Shown one piece after another: positions 51,221-64,000 of a DNA stretch of 64,000 bases (the stretch's first letter is position 1; every line of letters starts with the position of its first letter). Origin of the DNA: Botryllus schlosseri (Eukaryota); assembly GCA_051294905.1 (NCBI GenBank), contig CM119371.1:3164001-3228000 (forward strand), given 5' to 3'. The notes below the pieces were generated by a model that was not told where the DNA came from, did not search any database, and worked only from the letters and a program-made list of their open reading frames with translations. The translations under genes and the position numbers were made by a program.

Positions 51221-54165
51221 CTAAAATGGCAGTCACCCATAAGTTTACAGTCAGTCTTGTACAAACTATCAATCTAGTTAGTTGGCGATCAACCAACTAC
51301 TGGTTATTCAGAAGTTCTAGTTCTAGTAGATTTTCGGCTAAGATTTTCTGTTAATACCATGAAAGTGTAAGGTTGCCTATACTATATAGAAACTATGCTC
51401 ACAAAATTTGGTTGAATTCCAACCAGTGGTCCACAGGCTAATACTCACCAGGATTGATAGTAGCCTCTATATAATATGGGTCTTAAAAAATCACTTTTTT
51501 TCTCAAATCGTACTGGCTACTTGATAAAATTGTTAGGTTACCTTATTTAAGCCTGCACACCAAATTTGGTTCAATTCCAACCAGTAGCCGCTTTGCTACA
51601 GGAGAAGAAAGTTTCTATTTATTATATAAAAATAAATAACAGAAAATTTGAAAATTTTCTGTTCACCCCATGAAAGTGTTAGGTTGTCTATACTATAGAA
51701 ACGATGCTCTCAAAATTTGTTGTTCAATTCCAATCAGTGGAAGCGAAGTTATTGCCGTCAAAAAATTTGAATTGTGAATAAAATAGTATTTACGGTACCG
51801 GTAACCAATTCTTCAATTATTTATTATAGTGGTGCCCACCATAATACTATTTTATTCTAGATTTTCGATCTAAAAATCCAGTATCTTACACAAGACCAAG
51901 CACACACATTATGCGTCATAAATACTGGCCTCTTATGAATGTATCTCTTTTTCCAATGTCGCCAACTATACTACGAGAGTAGCCATAATCGGTAACTTTA
52001 TCAATGTCAGAGACACGGCACTAATTTTTGTTTGGGTCTTCATATACGGTAGCGTTGAATTGCATAAAATCTCGGGGCACTTCCATGCTATCTGTAAGAA
52101 AGGGTAAAATGATTGTAAGGGCTATATACAATGGACACTCAGGTTGAGATAGATGCCAATTTAATGCGCCACTCAAGTAGATTAATGAAATATTTTCAGG
52201 CAGAGTCGTGGTGGTAGCAAACATTGTTGCTACTCAAGAACAGTACCGTGATAAAGTATTAGCTGGGAGAGTCTAGAGATAGTTATTATAGTTGACGAAT
52301 TTTTCAATTTTTGGCAAAAATTTCAAAGCAGACAGAAATGAGAGGGAGAATCCTATAATATTGTCACACTTGACTGATTTCTATACACAATAACCCTCAA
52401 CTCGAGATACATTTAGGGCCGAGCATCAAAAATAATTAGGCCTGATCTCTTACTTACATGACAGAATAGACCAATCTTTATACCATAACAAAGTCAACAG
52501 GATTATAAGGTCAAACTATCTTAATTATAGACGCAATTTCAAATCTGCCATGAAAAAGCCCTTCAATTTCACAGTTGAATGATCATTAAAAGCTTGCTTT
52601 TCATCATGCTATAATTTCGAAACTATACTTATGTTATGTAATTCATTCAAAATAAATTGATATTTACTTTGATATATTTCACTAGGTTATGAGCCAAATT
52701 TTATGCAAAATCTGAAACTTGATAGAGTCCAAATCTATTTTCATGGCACAAACAATCCGTTACGCTGGATTGATCACGGCTCAAGGTTAAACTTGATCAG
52801 ACTCGCAGCATCGTTTTACATTGAGGTACATATTATTTATAGGACCGTGACAAAATGATTTGCGTACCAGTACTCGAACCTGAATCAGGTACCGTAACCG
52901 TAATGATTCGAGTCAGCAGTGAAGGACAATTTTTTGCACTACTGAAACTTTACGCCCAGTTCCATCAAAAAGTTATAATTGCATCAATTTTCTGAAACCG
53001 CGATTGGTCGTATCGCAACATACGAAACATGTTGTACAAAGTTTGCACGTTATCTTGAATGACATTTCTGTGTAGCTGTGATCAACTTGCAACATTGTCA
53101 CAAAGTCAAATAAAGTATTTTCAAAAAATAACAAATCTTCAGTAGGCCTATATATAGTCAAGAGCCTGCCTTATATTTCGTAGTTACATGAAAAGTAGGC
53201 TTCATACTCAAGCTATTGGGTCTCCCATATACTTATATCGTCATCATGAGTGATTATCAAATACTCGAAGTGAAGCCTGATACTTGATTCAGAATAGAAT
53301 CACTCAGGCACCGGTATTCGATTTTGCTCAGATGTAAGCCTAGTAATTAAGAGCAAACCTTTTTCCTGTATCCTCCAGCATCATCGTCCATCATTAATTC
53401 CATTTAAAGTCAACCACACAGTGACCCACTAGGTCTCAGATTTCCATGTCATTCTAGGAGTGAATCTAGCATCTAGCACTGCGTGTCGAAAACACATTTT
53501 TTTCAATATTGATACAATGAAACCATTTTGTGCTCGCTCAATCAATAAGTTCAATTAGTTTCACATTCCCTGTTACAGCACGGTCATAAAACAGTGTATT
53601 GAAGTCTCAGTTGAGAGCGGATGATGGTGTCTAATAACAGAATACAACAAACTCTTGATTTGAAGGAATAATTTTCAACAGAAAAAAGGGGTTAGGGGTC
53701 AATATCAGTCTCCGTAGCCTATCCCTTTCAAAACCAATCATGTGTGACATAAACTTGGAACATTTTTAGTGCAATTCTGTCTACATAAAAATTGGAAGTA
53801 ACTTGTTATATGAAAGCAGTTGGGGAGAGAAACACGACTGACATGTTTTGCTTAATAATATCTAATTGGTAGGATAATAAGCCTAGTCTCAATCAACTTC
53901 ATACATTGATACTTCGGAATCCAATCTGTAATTCAATTTCAGATCAAACAAAGATTATATTGGGTATCAATAAAGTGTCAGATTTTGCATACATTTGGAT
54001 CAAGACATTACGAAGTACTTCTGAGTTGACATGATTAAACCAAAGTCACTCAACTATGACAAGTCGTCCGACTAATAAGCGCAATGTTATGAGAGTACTG
54101 GAGCGCAAAATGTTGCACAAAAGTCCGTCGGCGCTAACCTGCGGTAATGGAAATCCGTGCTTGCC

Positions 54166-54980
54166 ATCATCATCATTCATCATCATCATTGGTTTATTAG
54201 CAATTTTTATCAGTTCAATACACCACAAAAAATGCGATACAATGAATAGACAGGAAGATGTCGAAGCGACTTGGATTTGTCAATGGAATCGGACACCCAC
54301 CTTGGCCTAGGCGTAGTAAAGAGGAGGCATGCACACTGAATGAAAGTAAAGAATACAGTATAGAAAAAGAAAGCGACAAGAAATAGGGCGGCATGTCATT
54401 GGAAGCGAGATCGATAGGTCAGTCGTGGTCCGGTAATCTTGAGGATGGACTGTATTTATTTAGTAGTAATTGCTTGTATTTCGACTTGAATGTGGACATG
54501 CTCGTCGACTGTCGGATGGCCGGCGGGATACTGTTCCACACATCAGGTCCGGCATATTTGATGGAGCGATGATCTTTTCGGTCGATCATATGATATTTGG
54601 ACGACGAGGACGCGCGTGTGTTGTACTTGTGCGCTTTTGATTCAGAGGTAAAGAAGTCATTGAAATATTCGGGGCAACGACCGCAGTGAAACTGATACAT
54701 AAACTTGGCGATTTCTAGTTTCCGCATATCTTCTATGTTTAGGACGCCGAATCTCTTCAGCAGCGACTTATTGGATGGGCAGCCAGGCCCCTTTGGGGCC
54801 CTAGCTATGATTCGGAGCACTTTATGCTGTAGTTTCTGCAGTGGCTTGAGTGCAGTTTTACTGGCAGCCCCCCAACAGAGGATGCCATAATGTAACTTCG
54901 ATTGGATTAAGGATTTAAAGAGTATCAGGAGAACCCATGCTGGCATGAAGCGCCCAAGGCTGTAGAACAGGCCGCACTTC
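54166..54980 (-). mobile_element. 5'-truncated non-LTR retrotransposon (CR1/L2/Crack group), ORF2 C-terminus + 3' UTR + (ATG)n tail
   Basis: ORF 54419..54946: KSLIQSKLHYGILCWG...LQKLQHKVLRII...HKYNTR...YAGPDVWNSIP..IR..SMSTFK; microsatellite tail at 54166-54189. Confidence 0.9.
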
Positions 54981-55466
54981 GGTTGCCGACCTTATATTTC
55001 GACTTTTAACGGTTATTTCCCGAGAATTATTTGGCTGTGTGGGATTTCAAGGATTGCAGTATGTATTTCAACGATATTAAAACGAAATATTTCTATATGG
55101 TTGACCTTCAAACGAAATATACCTTATATATGCTGCAATATCAATCTTGGCGTAGACCGAAAATATTACTAGTCGGGATGCAGGATTATTGCTGGTCATG
55201 ACCGTCCAGTTTTACATTCCACTATAGCCGCACGAATTCCATGACCTGGTATCACTGCCCAATGGAACTGGAGTACTCACTGACTAGACAACCAACCTGC
55301 AAGCAGACAACTACCACCATTCACACCGGGATTTCTGACTAGCCTCCGCTTCTAAACACATGTCCGCAGCAACTTTTATGCAATAGACGAGAACTAACAT
55401 GTAGAAACCTTATCCTCAAAGTCCTCAGATGTAAAAATAAGTTTTTTATTATTTTTCGTCTTATAC

Positions 55467-57281
55467 CTGACCTTGCAGCACATTTCCAAGCATACTGGTT
55501 TCTCCCTCGTACGATTCTTCGTTTCTCTTTAACAATTCTAAATCTGACAACAAATTTACGGGTGCTTTCTGTGATAGATCCATGTATTTGGATGACACGA
55601 AATATAGGTAGTCCCAGCCATTTATTGAAATTTCCATCAGATCAAAACACCTCAAGATGGCAATATAAGGAAAACAATTGAACGGTAGAAACAGTAAGCA
55701 TGTAGACTTAGACAATAGACATGCTTGACGACTGCCGGTAATGTCCATTCTCGGTAATAGCATTCTTGGCAATGGTTTTCTCGGTATTGGTATAGGACCG
55801 GTTCATAGTGGGCTGGCTGCACGAACATCGTCCAGTGCACCACGAAAAAATGAACGATTGGTGAATGTCCAACCCACCAGGGCCAGATAGTATAAGATAC
55901 GTCTGAGAGCGATTCCATGCATTCATTTTCCGAGTCATCAATTTGGGGTTCGCATGGAATATGGAATTGAGGTACCGTCATCATTTTCACAAGAAGCAAT
56001 GAATTCCGTTGATGTTGCATGATAATTTCCCGCATGCAGACCTGAATAAAAATATAACATACTAAATGAATAAATACACTAAAATTGATCTCGTACCAAA
56101 CTAAATAAATTTTCGAGTGCACCCTTTGTGGACTGCCCAAACCAGAGAAAATCAAGGATGCGTTTTGCAGACAACACCAACTGCGTATGGCTACATTACA
56201 AAGTATGCTCGAAAGTCAAATGCCGGCTTCAACTGGTTTCCATGTAGGCTATTATTGGAAATTTCATTTAGTGACAGATGTAATCATTTGAAAAATGCTC
56301 AAGGTCACTGATAAAGACAAAGCACGACAATACGATGAAAATGATATTGCCACTTTAAGAAATTCAGGGTTTGTGAGAACCCCCGACACTGTTCCATAAC
56401 CGAGGGATAAGGTTTCCAATGAGTAAAAGGTTGTGCAGCATCAAACAATGTCTTACCTGTGCAGTGTGCAGCTGTTCTCGCAACATCATATGGTATCGTG
56501 ATTAGTGACGGATGGTTGAATATGCTTGACGGGTAACTCAGGGCTGATCTTAGATTATCAGCAGATGGTATTTCATTCCTATCTGCAAACGGTATTATAC
56601 AATGCTAAGCAATGGTGCTCTTCAGCAGTATACAATTGAATCTTACCAGCCAGCCGCTTTCCACATCCGCACGAAGACTCATCCAAAACAACATGTACCA
56701 CCTTGACCGGTTTGTTAGCAAGCGAAAAATAATTTCAAGACTACAAAATCTTCTCTCCATTGGTGGAATTCTTCCAGTGAAATCATATGCTGCATAAAAT
56801 ATAACCCATGATTAGGATAATATAAAGACACTGAGGATGAACCATGAACGTGTCATATCACTAGGCAATGATCAATGCTGATGGTCACCTGAGACACATC
56901 AAATTTGTATTTCAGTATTTTTATTACTCAATTGGTATATACTCATAACAACAATGGACTGTATCAAGTTAACTTCACACCATATTAGTTTTGAGAAATT
57001 AACAGTCCACATTTCATTGTGTACCGTATGTGAAAGCTAAAGGTCTCTATACTTGACTTTTACGAACACTACATGTACTACAGTAGACTTACTACTAATA
57101 CTACGGTACTGTACCTTTGATCCCACTTCTTCTAAAGTGAGAAGTGACGACGTTGAGGATTGGATTTCTTGGGAAGCGAAATAGAACAGGACAGTCTCTG
57201 TCAGACACTATTTTGCTTCCTTCTTGAGCTATCCTTCCTTTATGCGTCATTTTCTTGACCTTTCACAGCACATCCAGCCAT
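55467..57281 (-). pseudogene. Spliced THAP-domain gene remnant inside the P-like element
   Basis: Candidate exons 57281-57115, 56789-56647, 56582-56457, 56041-?, 55650-55467 with AG/GT sites; with frameshift repair reads MAGCAVKG(C)...VLFRFP...R(KW)IKAYDF...PPMERRFCSL. Confidence 0.65.
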
Positions 57282-57434
57282 ATTTGCGCCGCGAACTCCA
57301 AATAATCCAACCTACAACGACGTTCGCCGTAAGGCGCCATACTACATAACATCAAGTTGTGCAACATTTCTCGCTCCATAAAAATACGTTCGGACGACTT
57401 GTCATAGTTGAGTGACTTTGGATTAAACAACATA

Positions 57435-58165
57435 TAAAAACAAGCTTTTTCTGCTCATTTAACCATGAAATGGAAGTTTTTCAAGCTCATTTGAAATAGT
57501 CTGTAAATGAGATACCCTGGCATGCTGGCAATGAATAGTTGTTCTCATTGTTATGTTAGATAAGTTGATTGTTTTTATCATGCAAGAGTTGAGGTAACAA
57601 GTTTAGGTACACAGCCCCCCAATTTCTCCCTTTTATTTTAGTTTATATCGTAGGCTTCCTTCGAAACTTTTGTGAGGGGTGTCATATTAATTCTGTTGAA
57701 TCATAGAATATATATACATATATACTTAAGAAATAAATGAGTTTGATGCCAAAATTCGTCCTACAGTAAGAAAAAAAGTAGAATATGGAGCAGAATTTAC
57801 AGCAAGATCACCACATTTTTAAAATCTGAAATATTCCCTGTAGTCACAAGTTTATTAGTAATATATTACATAAAAATCAATTCCTAACGACTCTAATTTA
57901 CAAAAATTTCAAGTAAACAGAAATAATGGTGAGAATTATAAAACATTTTTGCGCATGAGTGATTTTCATGGGCTTTACCTTCAGCTACAATCATGGCAGG
58001 GCACCGAAGATAAATATTTTCTCACTGGCTTGCTGAATGTATCAATTTATACAGCATGACAACATTCTGTGCTCTAAGTAGCTCATTTATACAGACACAA
58101 GTTCAGATCTGCATATAAACAGCACTTGCATTTCATGGTTAAATGAGCAGAAAGCTTATCTTTAT
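57435..58165. mobile_element. MITE-like element with about 30-bp inverted ends
   Basis: TTTCTGCTCATTTAACCATGAAATG / CATTTCATGGTTAAATGAGCAGAAA; no TSD resolved. Confidence 0.6.
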
Positions 58166-58608
58166 CATGCGATAACTTGAAAGCTTCATTCAAAATGGAT
58201 ACCGCCATACCGGTAGGGCGGTAGCTATCTACTCAGCAATAGCCTTCCACAAGGTGATGAGTCAAATTTCAGCAAAATCTGCAACTTGTTGGAGACCGAA
58301 TTTTTCTTGAGTTCATTTGACGCGGAATTACCCATATACAGCAGTCACAAACAATCCAGTAAGCTGGCTTGATCATGGCTTAAGGTTGAACTTATTCAAA
58401 CGATTACCAGAGAACCCGGAACTTGGAGAACCCGGCCCTACTACTTGCAGAATCATTTTACATTCAGTCATTTCATTCTCGAGTTAGGCAGGAACGAACG
58501 ATCGATAGTCTGTGGAAACTGGAATCATGGAATCAGCGTCTTGTGCAGACTAAAGACTGAATACACACATGTGTGAAGCAAGGCGCTGAGAACCGTCTTG
58601 GCACACCA

Positions 58609-59312
58609 GACATATCGGCCCCGTGGATATACTCAGCTATCGCAGCTATCGCAGCTCCCGCAGCTATCGCAGCTATCGCAGCTATCACTTGTGGATATAC
58701 TCAGCTATCACAGCTATCGCAGCTATCACCAAAAGTCGCAGACATACAGGTCATTTAAAGGTCACGTATCGTCTAGGGCGCAGCTATCAGCGCTGGAGCT
58801 TGTCTGGCTTGAAATAGTGCGCAGCTATCAGATCCGGAGCACGTCTGAGTTGAAATAGTGCGCAGCTATCAGATCCGGAGCAAGTCTGAGTGGAAATAGT
58901 GCGCAGCTATCAGATTCGGAGCACTTCCTGGTTGAAATAGTGCGCAGCTATCAGATCCGGAGCACGTCCAGGTAGAAATAGTGCGCAGCTATCACATCCG
59001 GAGCAAGTCTGAGTGGAAATAGCTATCACTACTGTGGATATACACAGGTATCCCATCTATCACCAAAATCGCTGACATACAGGTCATTTAAAGGTCACGT
59101 ATTGTTTAGGGTGCAGCTATCAGCGCTGGAGCACGTCCAGGTTGAAATAGTGCGCGGGTATCAGATTCGGAGCATGTCCGGGTTGAAATAGGGCGCAGCT
59201 ATCAGCTCCGGAGCACGTCTGGGTTCAAATAGTGCGCAGCTAGCAGCTCCGGAGAACATGTGGACTCGAATTATGCGCAGCTATCAGCTCCGGAGCACTT
59301 CCGGATTCAAAT
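58609..59312 (+). repeat. Composite tandem array: 9-bp CGCAGCTAT plus 41-bp units
   Basis: GAAATAGTGCGCAGCTATCA recurs at 58811, 58852, 58893, 58934, 58975 (41-bp period). Confidence 0.95.
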
Positions 59313-59476
59313 TCATTCATTACATGTCAGTGTACAGGCGGGCAACTTTTCCAGCCGGCGGGCCGGATACAGGAAAATTAGGTACTTGGCGGGCCGGATT
59401 GCTGAATCGATACATTATTAGCCCATTTATCCACATATACAAGGAATAAACCGTATTTAACGAATGTATTTTAACG

Positions 59477-60669
59477 CAGGGGTGGGCAAACTACGGCCCG
59501 CGGGCCGCATGCGGCCCGCAACACCGTTCTGTGCGGCCCGCGAGAGTCTCAAGAAACTTATGAAAAATATTGATAAAATGCGTACTAAAAATCGAATTAA
59601 TGCAGGGACTTGACTTGATTAAAGTTTTTCTTAGTGCATTTCACCATGATAATTCTAAGGCAGTGGTTCTCAAACTGGAGGGAGGGGGCGTGAAAGCATC
59701 TGAAGGGGGCGCGAAGCTGAGCTCAACTGAGGATTTTATTCGCGCTCCGCGCGATTCACGTCCAATTCATAATCATAGCTCTGTATTTAGTCTGAATTTC
59801 ATGTTTAAAAATCAATCATCCACAGTCGTAACCTTCCATGCCATCAAACTATCCGTTAGGTTTGCTGGCATCCTGGTTGCGTTTTGTGATATGACGCTAA
59901 GGGTGGCGCGAAATCTTTCACCATCATAAGGGGGGGGGAGGGGGAGCGTGTCTTAAGAAGTTTGAGAACCACTCTGTTCTAAGGTATACTTCCTATATTA
60001 TTTTTCATGTTTAATTTCTTGCGCGACAGCCCGATCTCAAGGCCCAAGCATTTTAAAAGATTTGAACTGCTAAACATCACAGAAATCCTAAACGAGATTG
60101 ATATAATTCGTTTCACGAGTATGTGATTTCAGATTGACCACTCCAGTTCTAATTATTTCAGAGGTGTGCTTATAAAAAACGATTCGCGTGTGTATAAGAT
60201 AGATTCCTTCTCTGTGTGCGTGGAATTGGGGTATTTATATTTTATCTAGGCTACATATAGTAGAAGCGTGTTTGAAGCTAACGTGGCTCTGATGCTGTCA
60301 GCATTGTGTGTCCTGGAACTGAACCAAAAGTGGAATTAGTAAATCTATGAACAGATCGCTGCTCACAGATTTCAATTTCAATCATATTCTAAGAATCGGG
60401 ACAACCGACTTTCATCTCTATAGTTTTGACAAATTGGTCATTGAGATCGACCAGCCTATGAAATCTCGCTACTATGTTTATGGCGCGTGTACGATATCAT
60501 CAAAGCAATGGCTTGTTTTAAATATGCACTTATATTATCTCCATGTCCTCACTATATAATCAAATGCCATTATGCGTTTTGGTTATAATCCCAATTTTAT
60601 AAAGTGCGGCCCGCGAATGGATTCAGATGTTGAATGCGGCCCGCAAGCTCAAAAGTTTGCCCACCCCTG
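59477..60669. mobile_element. hAT-Charlie-like MITE
   Basis: TIRs CAGGGGTGGGCAAACT / AGTTTGCCCACCCCTG; exact 8-bp TSD TTTTAACG; GCGGCCCGC repeats. Confidence 0.92.
59661..59976. mobile_element. Charlie-like MITE nested in 59477-60669
   Basis: CAGTGGTTCTCAAACT / AGTTTGAGAACCACTCTG; exact 8-bp TSD TTCTAAGG. Confidence 0.88.
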
Positions 60670-61026
60670 TTTTAACGACAGCAGCGTCACTTCAGAGCCA
60701 TTTCTCGCCGATAATGACGAACACAATGTGGATTTGAGAATAGCATTGTCACACAGCGGCGCCGCGATGTCTGGTTCTATCTGATCAATCAACACACGGT
60801 GCAATCCCTAATTAGATTTCAAGCCGTTCGATAACCCCGGTACAGCTAATTTACAAAGATATCAATTCATTAGGGTTGAGTAAGTGACGAGATATCGTCG
60901 TTGTTCAACTGTGTGGCCTGATTAATCTCGATATTGAATTCATGCGGTCCGCGTCCTCTACGAAATTTGAAAAGCGGCCCGCAACCCGTTTTGAGTTGGC
61001 GACCTCTGGTATAAGCGGTGTCTTAC

Positions 61027-61446
61027 TGGGGTTACCGTTACCATACGTCCTCTTTTAAGATATTTGTCCTCTTTTTTGACTTTTTTGGAAGTGTCGTCGT
61101 AGGACCACCATATGTCCTCTTTTTTGAGATTTTCCTCTTTTTTGAGAATTTTTGTTAAATATATGGCGATGTCGACTGAGAGACAGTAAAGACACTGAAG
61201 TAACGCTCCAGCGGCTATTTCGGGATATGAGCCGGAAAGTTGACCTTCTTTTAGTCAACCAATTGATAATGTTAAAGGAAAACTGTATTTTGGGCGCTGA
61301 GAGAGGAAGTTGACCTTTCTTTGATTTAGCCAACCGACCACGAAGTGGGAAAAATTGACCATTCTTCGATATTTTCCTCTGGTTTTGCAAGTCTGAAATT
61401 TTGCAAAAGTGTCATCTTTTCAGATTTCCAAAACATGGTAACCCTA
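61027..61446. mobile_element. Blackjack/Tip100-like MITE inserted into a SINE copy
   Basis: Inverted relative of 1406-1753; TSD TGTCTTAC / CGTCTTGC (6 of 8); the flanks rejoin into the SINE body GCGGTGTCTTACAAAAGCC. Confidence 0.75.
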
Positions 61447-61832
61447 CGTCTTGCAAAAGCCTAGAAGTGTGTCGTGCTACAATTCGGCGGTTACGGAATG
61501 AAAAATAAGAAATATCAGCCTGGTGTAAATGACCATTGTATAGTCGACAAACACCATGATTAGCACAAACGACATTAGAGTTGAGTACATTGTAAATGAC
61601 GATAACGCAAGTCTTCTCGCTTCGACGTAAGCTCCACTCTCGCACGTTGCGCATGCGCGCACACGTATATCATAACATACAGTCACTAAAATTTGACGTA
61701 GTAAGCAAGTATAGTTGGAAATCTCGGCAGACTGGGTCCGCGGGCCACATTATCATGTAAGACGGAAAACTCTCCGCGGGCCGGACAAAATCCCTTCGCG
61801 GGCCGTATGTTGGCCGCCTCTGAGCTACACCT

Positions 61833-62262
61833 ATGACTCGACTTGACTCAAGTCATTTTCTCAAAATACGGAAATGACTCGACTCGACTCGAGTCTATAT
61901 GTGTAATGACTCGACTTGGACTCGAGTCATTGCACATTGACTCGAACCAAGCTATATGACTCGACACTCAGACAGCCAAGACTGACATTTCATTGCAATT
62001 CCGAAGAATAGTAAATTAGTCACCCTATTGTTACTGATACTTGAAAATGCGACCCGAAACTATTAAAAGTGAGGAAAATTAGTATATTATAAATGCGAAC
62101 CATTCGATATCACCAAACAGAGTTATAGAAAGTGGGTTTAACAAGACTATAAATGGAAAAGGAGAAGTCAACACAATCACTTGGACTTGGACTCGAGTCA
62201 TAATACCATGACTCGGACTCGAACCTCTGCTCGATGACTTGGACTCGGACTTGAATCGGTGG
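61833..62262. mobile_element. GACTCGAGTC-family MITE fragment
   Basis: Reverse-oriented body lacking both TIRs. Confidence 0.7.
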
Positions 62263-62270
62263 CTGCAACG

Positions 62271-63625
62271 TATTTCAACTCAGACTTGCTCCGGATCTGA
62301 TAGGTGCGCACTATTTCAACCCGGACGCGCTCCGGATCTGATAGCTGCGCACTATTTCACCCCGGGCGTGCTCCGGAGCTGATAGCTGCGCACTATTTCA
62401 ACCCAGACAAGCTCCAGCGCTGATAGCTGCGCCCTAAACGATACGTGACCTTTAAATGACCTGTATGTCTGCGATTTTTGGTGATAGATGTGATAGCTGA
62501 GTATATCCACCGTAGTGATAGTGATAGCTGCGCAGTATTTCAACCCGGACGTACTCCGGAGCTGATAGCTGCGCACTATTTCCACCCAGACTTGCTCCGG
62601 ATCTGATAGCTGCGCGCTATTTCAACCTGGACGTGCTCCGATGCTGATAGCTGCGCACTATTTCAACCTGGACGTGCTCCGATGCTGATAGCTGCGCACT
62701 ATTTCAACCTGGACATGCTCCGGATCTGATAGCTGCGCACTATTTCAACTGAGACTTGCTCCGGATCTGATAGCTGCGCACTATTTCAACCCGGGCGTGC
62801 TCCGGAGCTGATAGCTGCGCACTATTTCAACCCAGACAAGCTCCAGCGCTGATAGCTGCGCCCAAACGATACGTGACCTTTAAATGACCTGTATGTCTGC
62901 GATTTTTGGTGATAGATGTGATAGCTGAGTATATCCACAGTAGTGATAGTGATAGCTGCGCACTATTTCAACCCGGACGTACTCCGGAGCTGATAGCTGC
63001 GCACTATTTCCACTCAGACTTGCTCCGGATCTGATAGCTGCGCGCTATTTCAACTCAGACGTGCTCCGGATCTGATAGCTGCGCACTATTTCAAGCCAGA
63101 CAAGCTCCAGCGCTGATAGCTGCGCCCTAAACAATACGTGACCTTTAAATGACCTGTATGTCAGCGATTTTGGTGATAGATGGGATACCGGTGTATATCC
63201 ACAGTAGTGATAGCTGCGCACTATTTCAACACGGACGTACTCCGGAGCTGATAGCTGCGCACTATTTACACTCAGAGTAGCTCCGGATGTGATAGCTGCG
63301 CACTATTTCAACCTGGACGTGCTCCGGATCTGATAGCTGCGCACTATTTCAACCAGGACGTGCTCCGAATCTGATAGCTGCGCACTATTTCCACTCAGAC
63401 TTGCTCCGGATCTGATAGCTGCGCACTATTTCAACCCAGACAAGCTCCAGCGCTGATAGCTGCGCCCTAGACGATACGTGACCTTTAAATGACCTGTATG
63501 TCTGCGATTTTTGGTGATAGCTGCGATAGCTGTGATAGCTGAGTATATCCACAAGTGATAGCTGCGATAGCTGCGGGAGCTGCGATAGCTGTGATAGCTG
63601 AGTATATCCACGGGGCCGACATATC
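62271..63625 (-). repeat. Composite 41-bp / 9-bp tandem array, inverted relative to 58609-59312
   Basis: TGATAGCTGCGCACTATTTCAAC units with four interspersed ATACGTGACCTTTAAATGACCTGTATGTC blocks. Confidence 0.95.
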
Positions 63626-64000
63626 ACACTAAACGTATCAGGATTCCATTTTCGAGCATATTGATTGAATACATAAACACTTCTTCCTTGCCGAGGGCAA
63701 TTTTCAGAGTCCGGGGTTACCGGTATAGACTATCAAGATATGTTACCATTTCAAAAGATTTCACATCACACCAAACCTTTCGTAACACACTGATGCAGCC
63801 AGAGGCCATCACAATTTCGAGTTGGTAACCAAGACTGTACTATTTTATGTGAGCAGTGGCAGTGGCAGTGCCAGTCCCACTGTACACAGTAGAAGCGCGA
63901 AACGGTATGCCAATAAAGCACTGGTCTACAATCAATCAACATCAAGTAGCTTAGGTTTGCGAATTTGCCCATTCGGCATCGTGAAGAATGAAGATCCATC

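Larger units (their letters stand above)
54041..57420 (-). mobile_element. P-superfamily-like DNA transposon, defective
   Basis: Perfect 31-bp TIRs CAAAGTCACTCAACTATGACAAGTCGTCCGA; exact 8-bp TSD GATTAAAC (54033-54040, 57421-57428); inner inverted repeat at 54100-54120 / 57357-57377; THAP remnant. Confidence 0.8.

Noticed and set aside
58573..58858. SYRSYR / QLSQLS / AIAAIA repeat ORFs (also 63385-63627)
   Set aside because: All three frames are open because the 9-bp unit has no stop; there is no gene structure.
58800..63480. 41-bp periodic arrays as a CRISPR array
   Set aside because: The variable parts are short variants of one another rather than unique spacers, there are no cas genes, and the context is eukaryotic.
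63766..63999. ORF at the window edge
   Set aside because: Truncated by the window and with no recognisable homology; it cannot be supported from this sequence alone.

Overview
AT-rich, repeat-dense animal nuclear DNA. I found no intact protein-coding gene. The dominant structure is a 14,887-bp near-perfect palindrome (5799-20685; arms about 7.42 kb, 42-bp spacer). It has Polinton/Maverick-type AGTAGT...ACTACT ends and an exact 6-bp target-site duplication (ATAATA), but no coding capacity, so it looks like an integrated fold-back (snap-back) defective Polinton. It is the innermost of four nested elements. Also present: a decayed RBM28/NOP4-like gene on the minus strand with serially duplicated exons (about 25.2-51.2 kb), a P-superfamily-like element with 31-bp TIRs and a spliced THAP remnant that carries a 5'-truncated LINE, a hAT element with a transposase remnant and many related GACTCGAGTC-rich MITEs, tRNA-derived SINE-like repeats, a palindromic MITE with CTCF-like motifs, and two inverted arrays of a 41-bp repeat. 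All alignments and protein family assignments were made by eye and need database confirmation.
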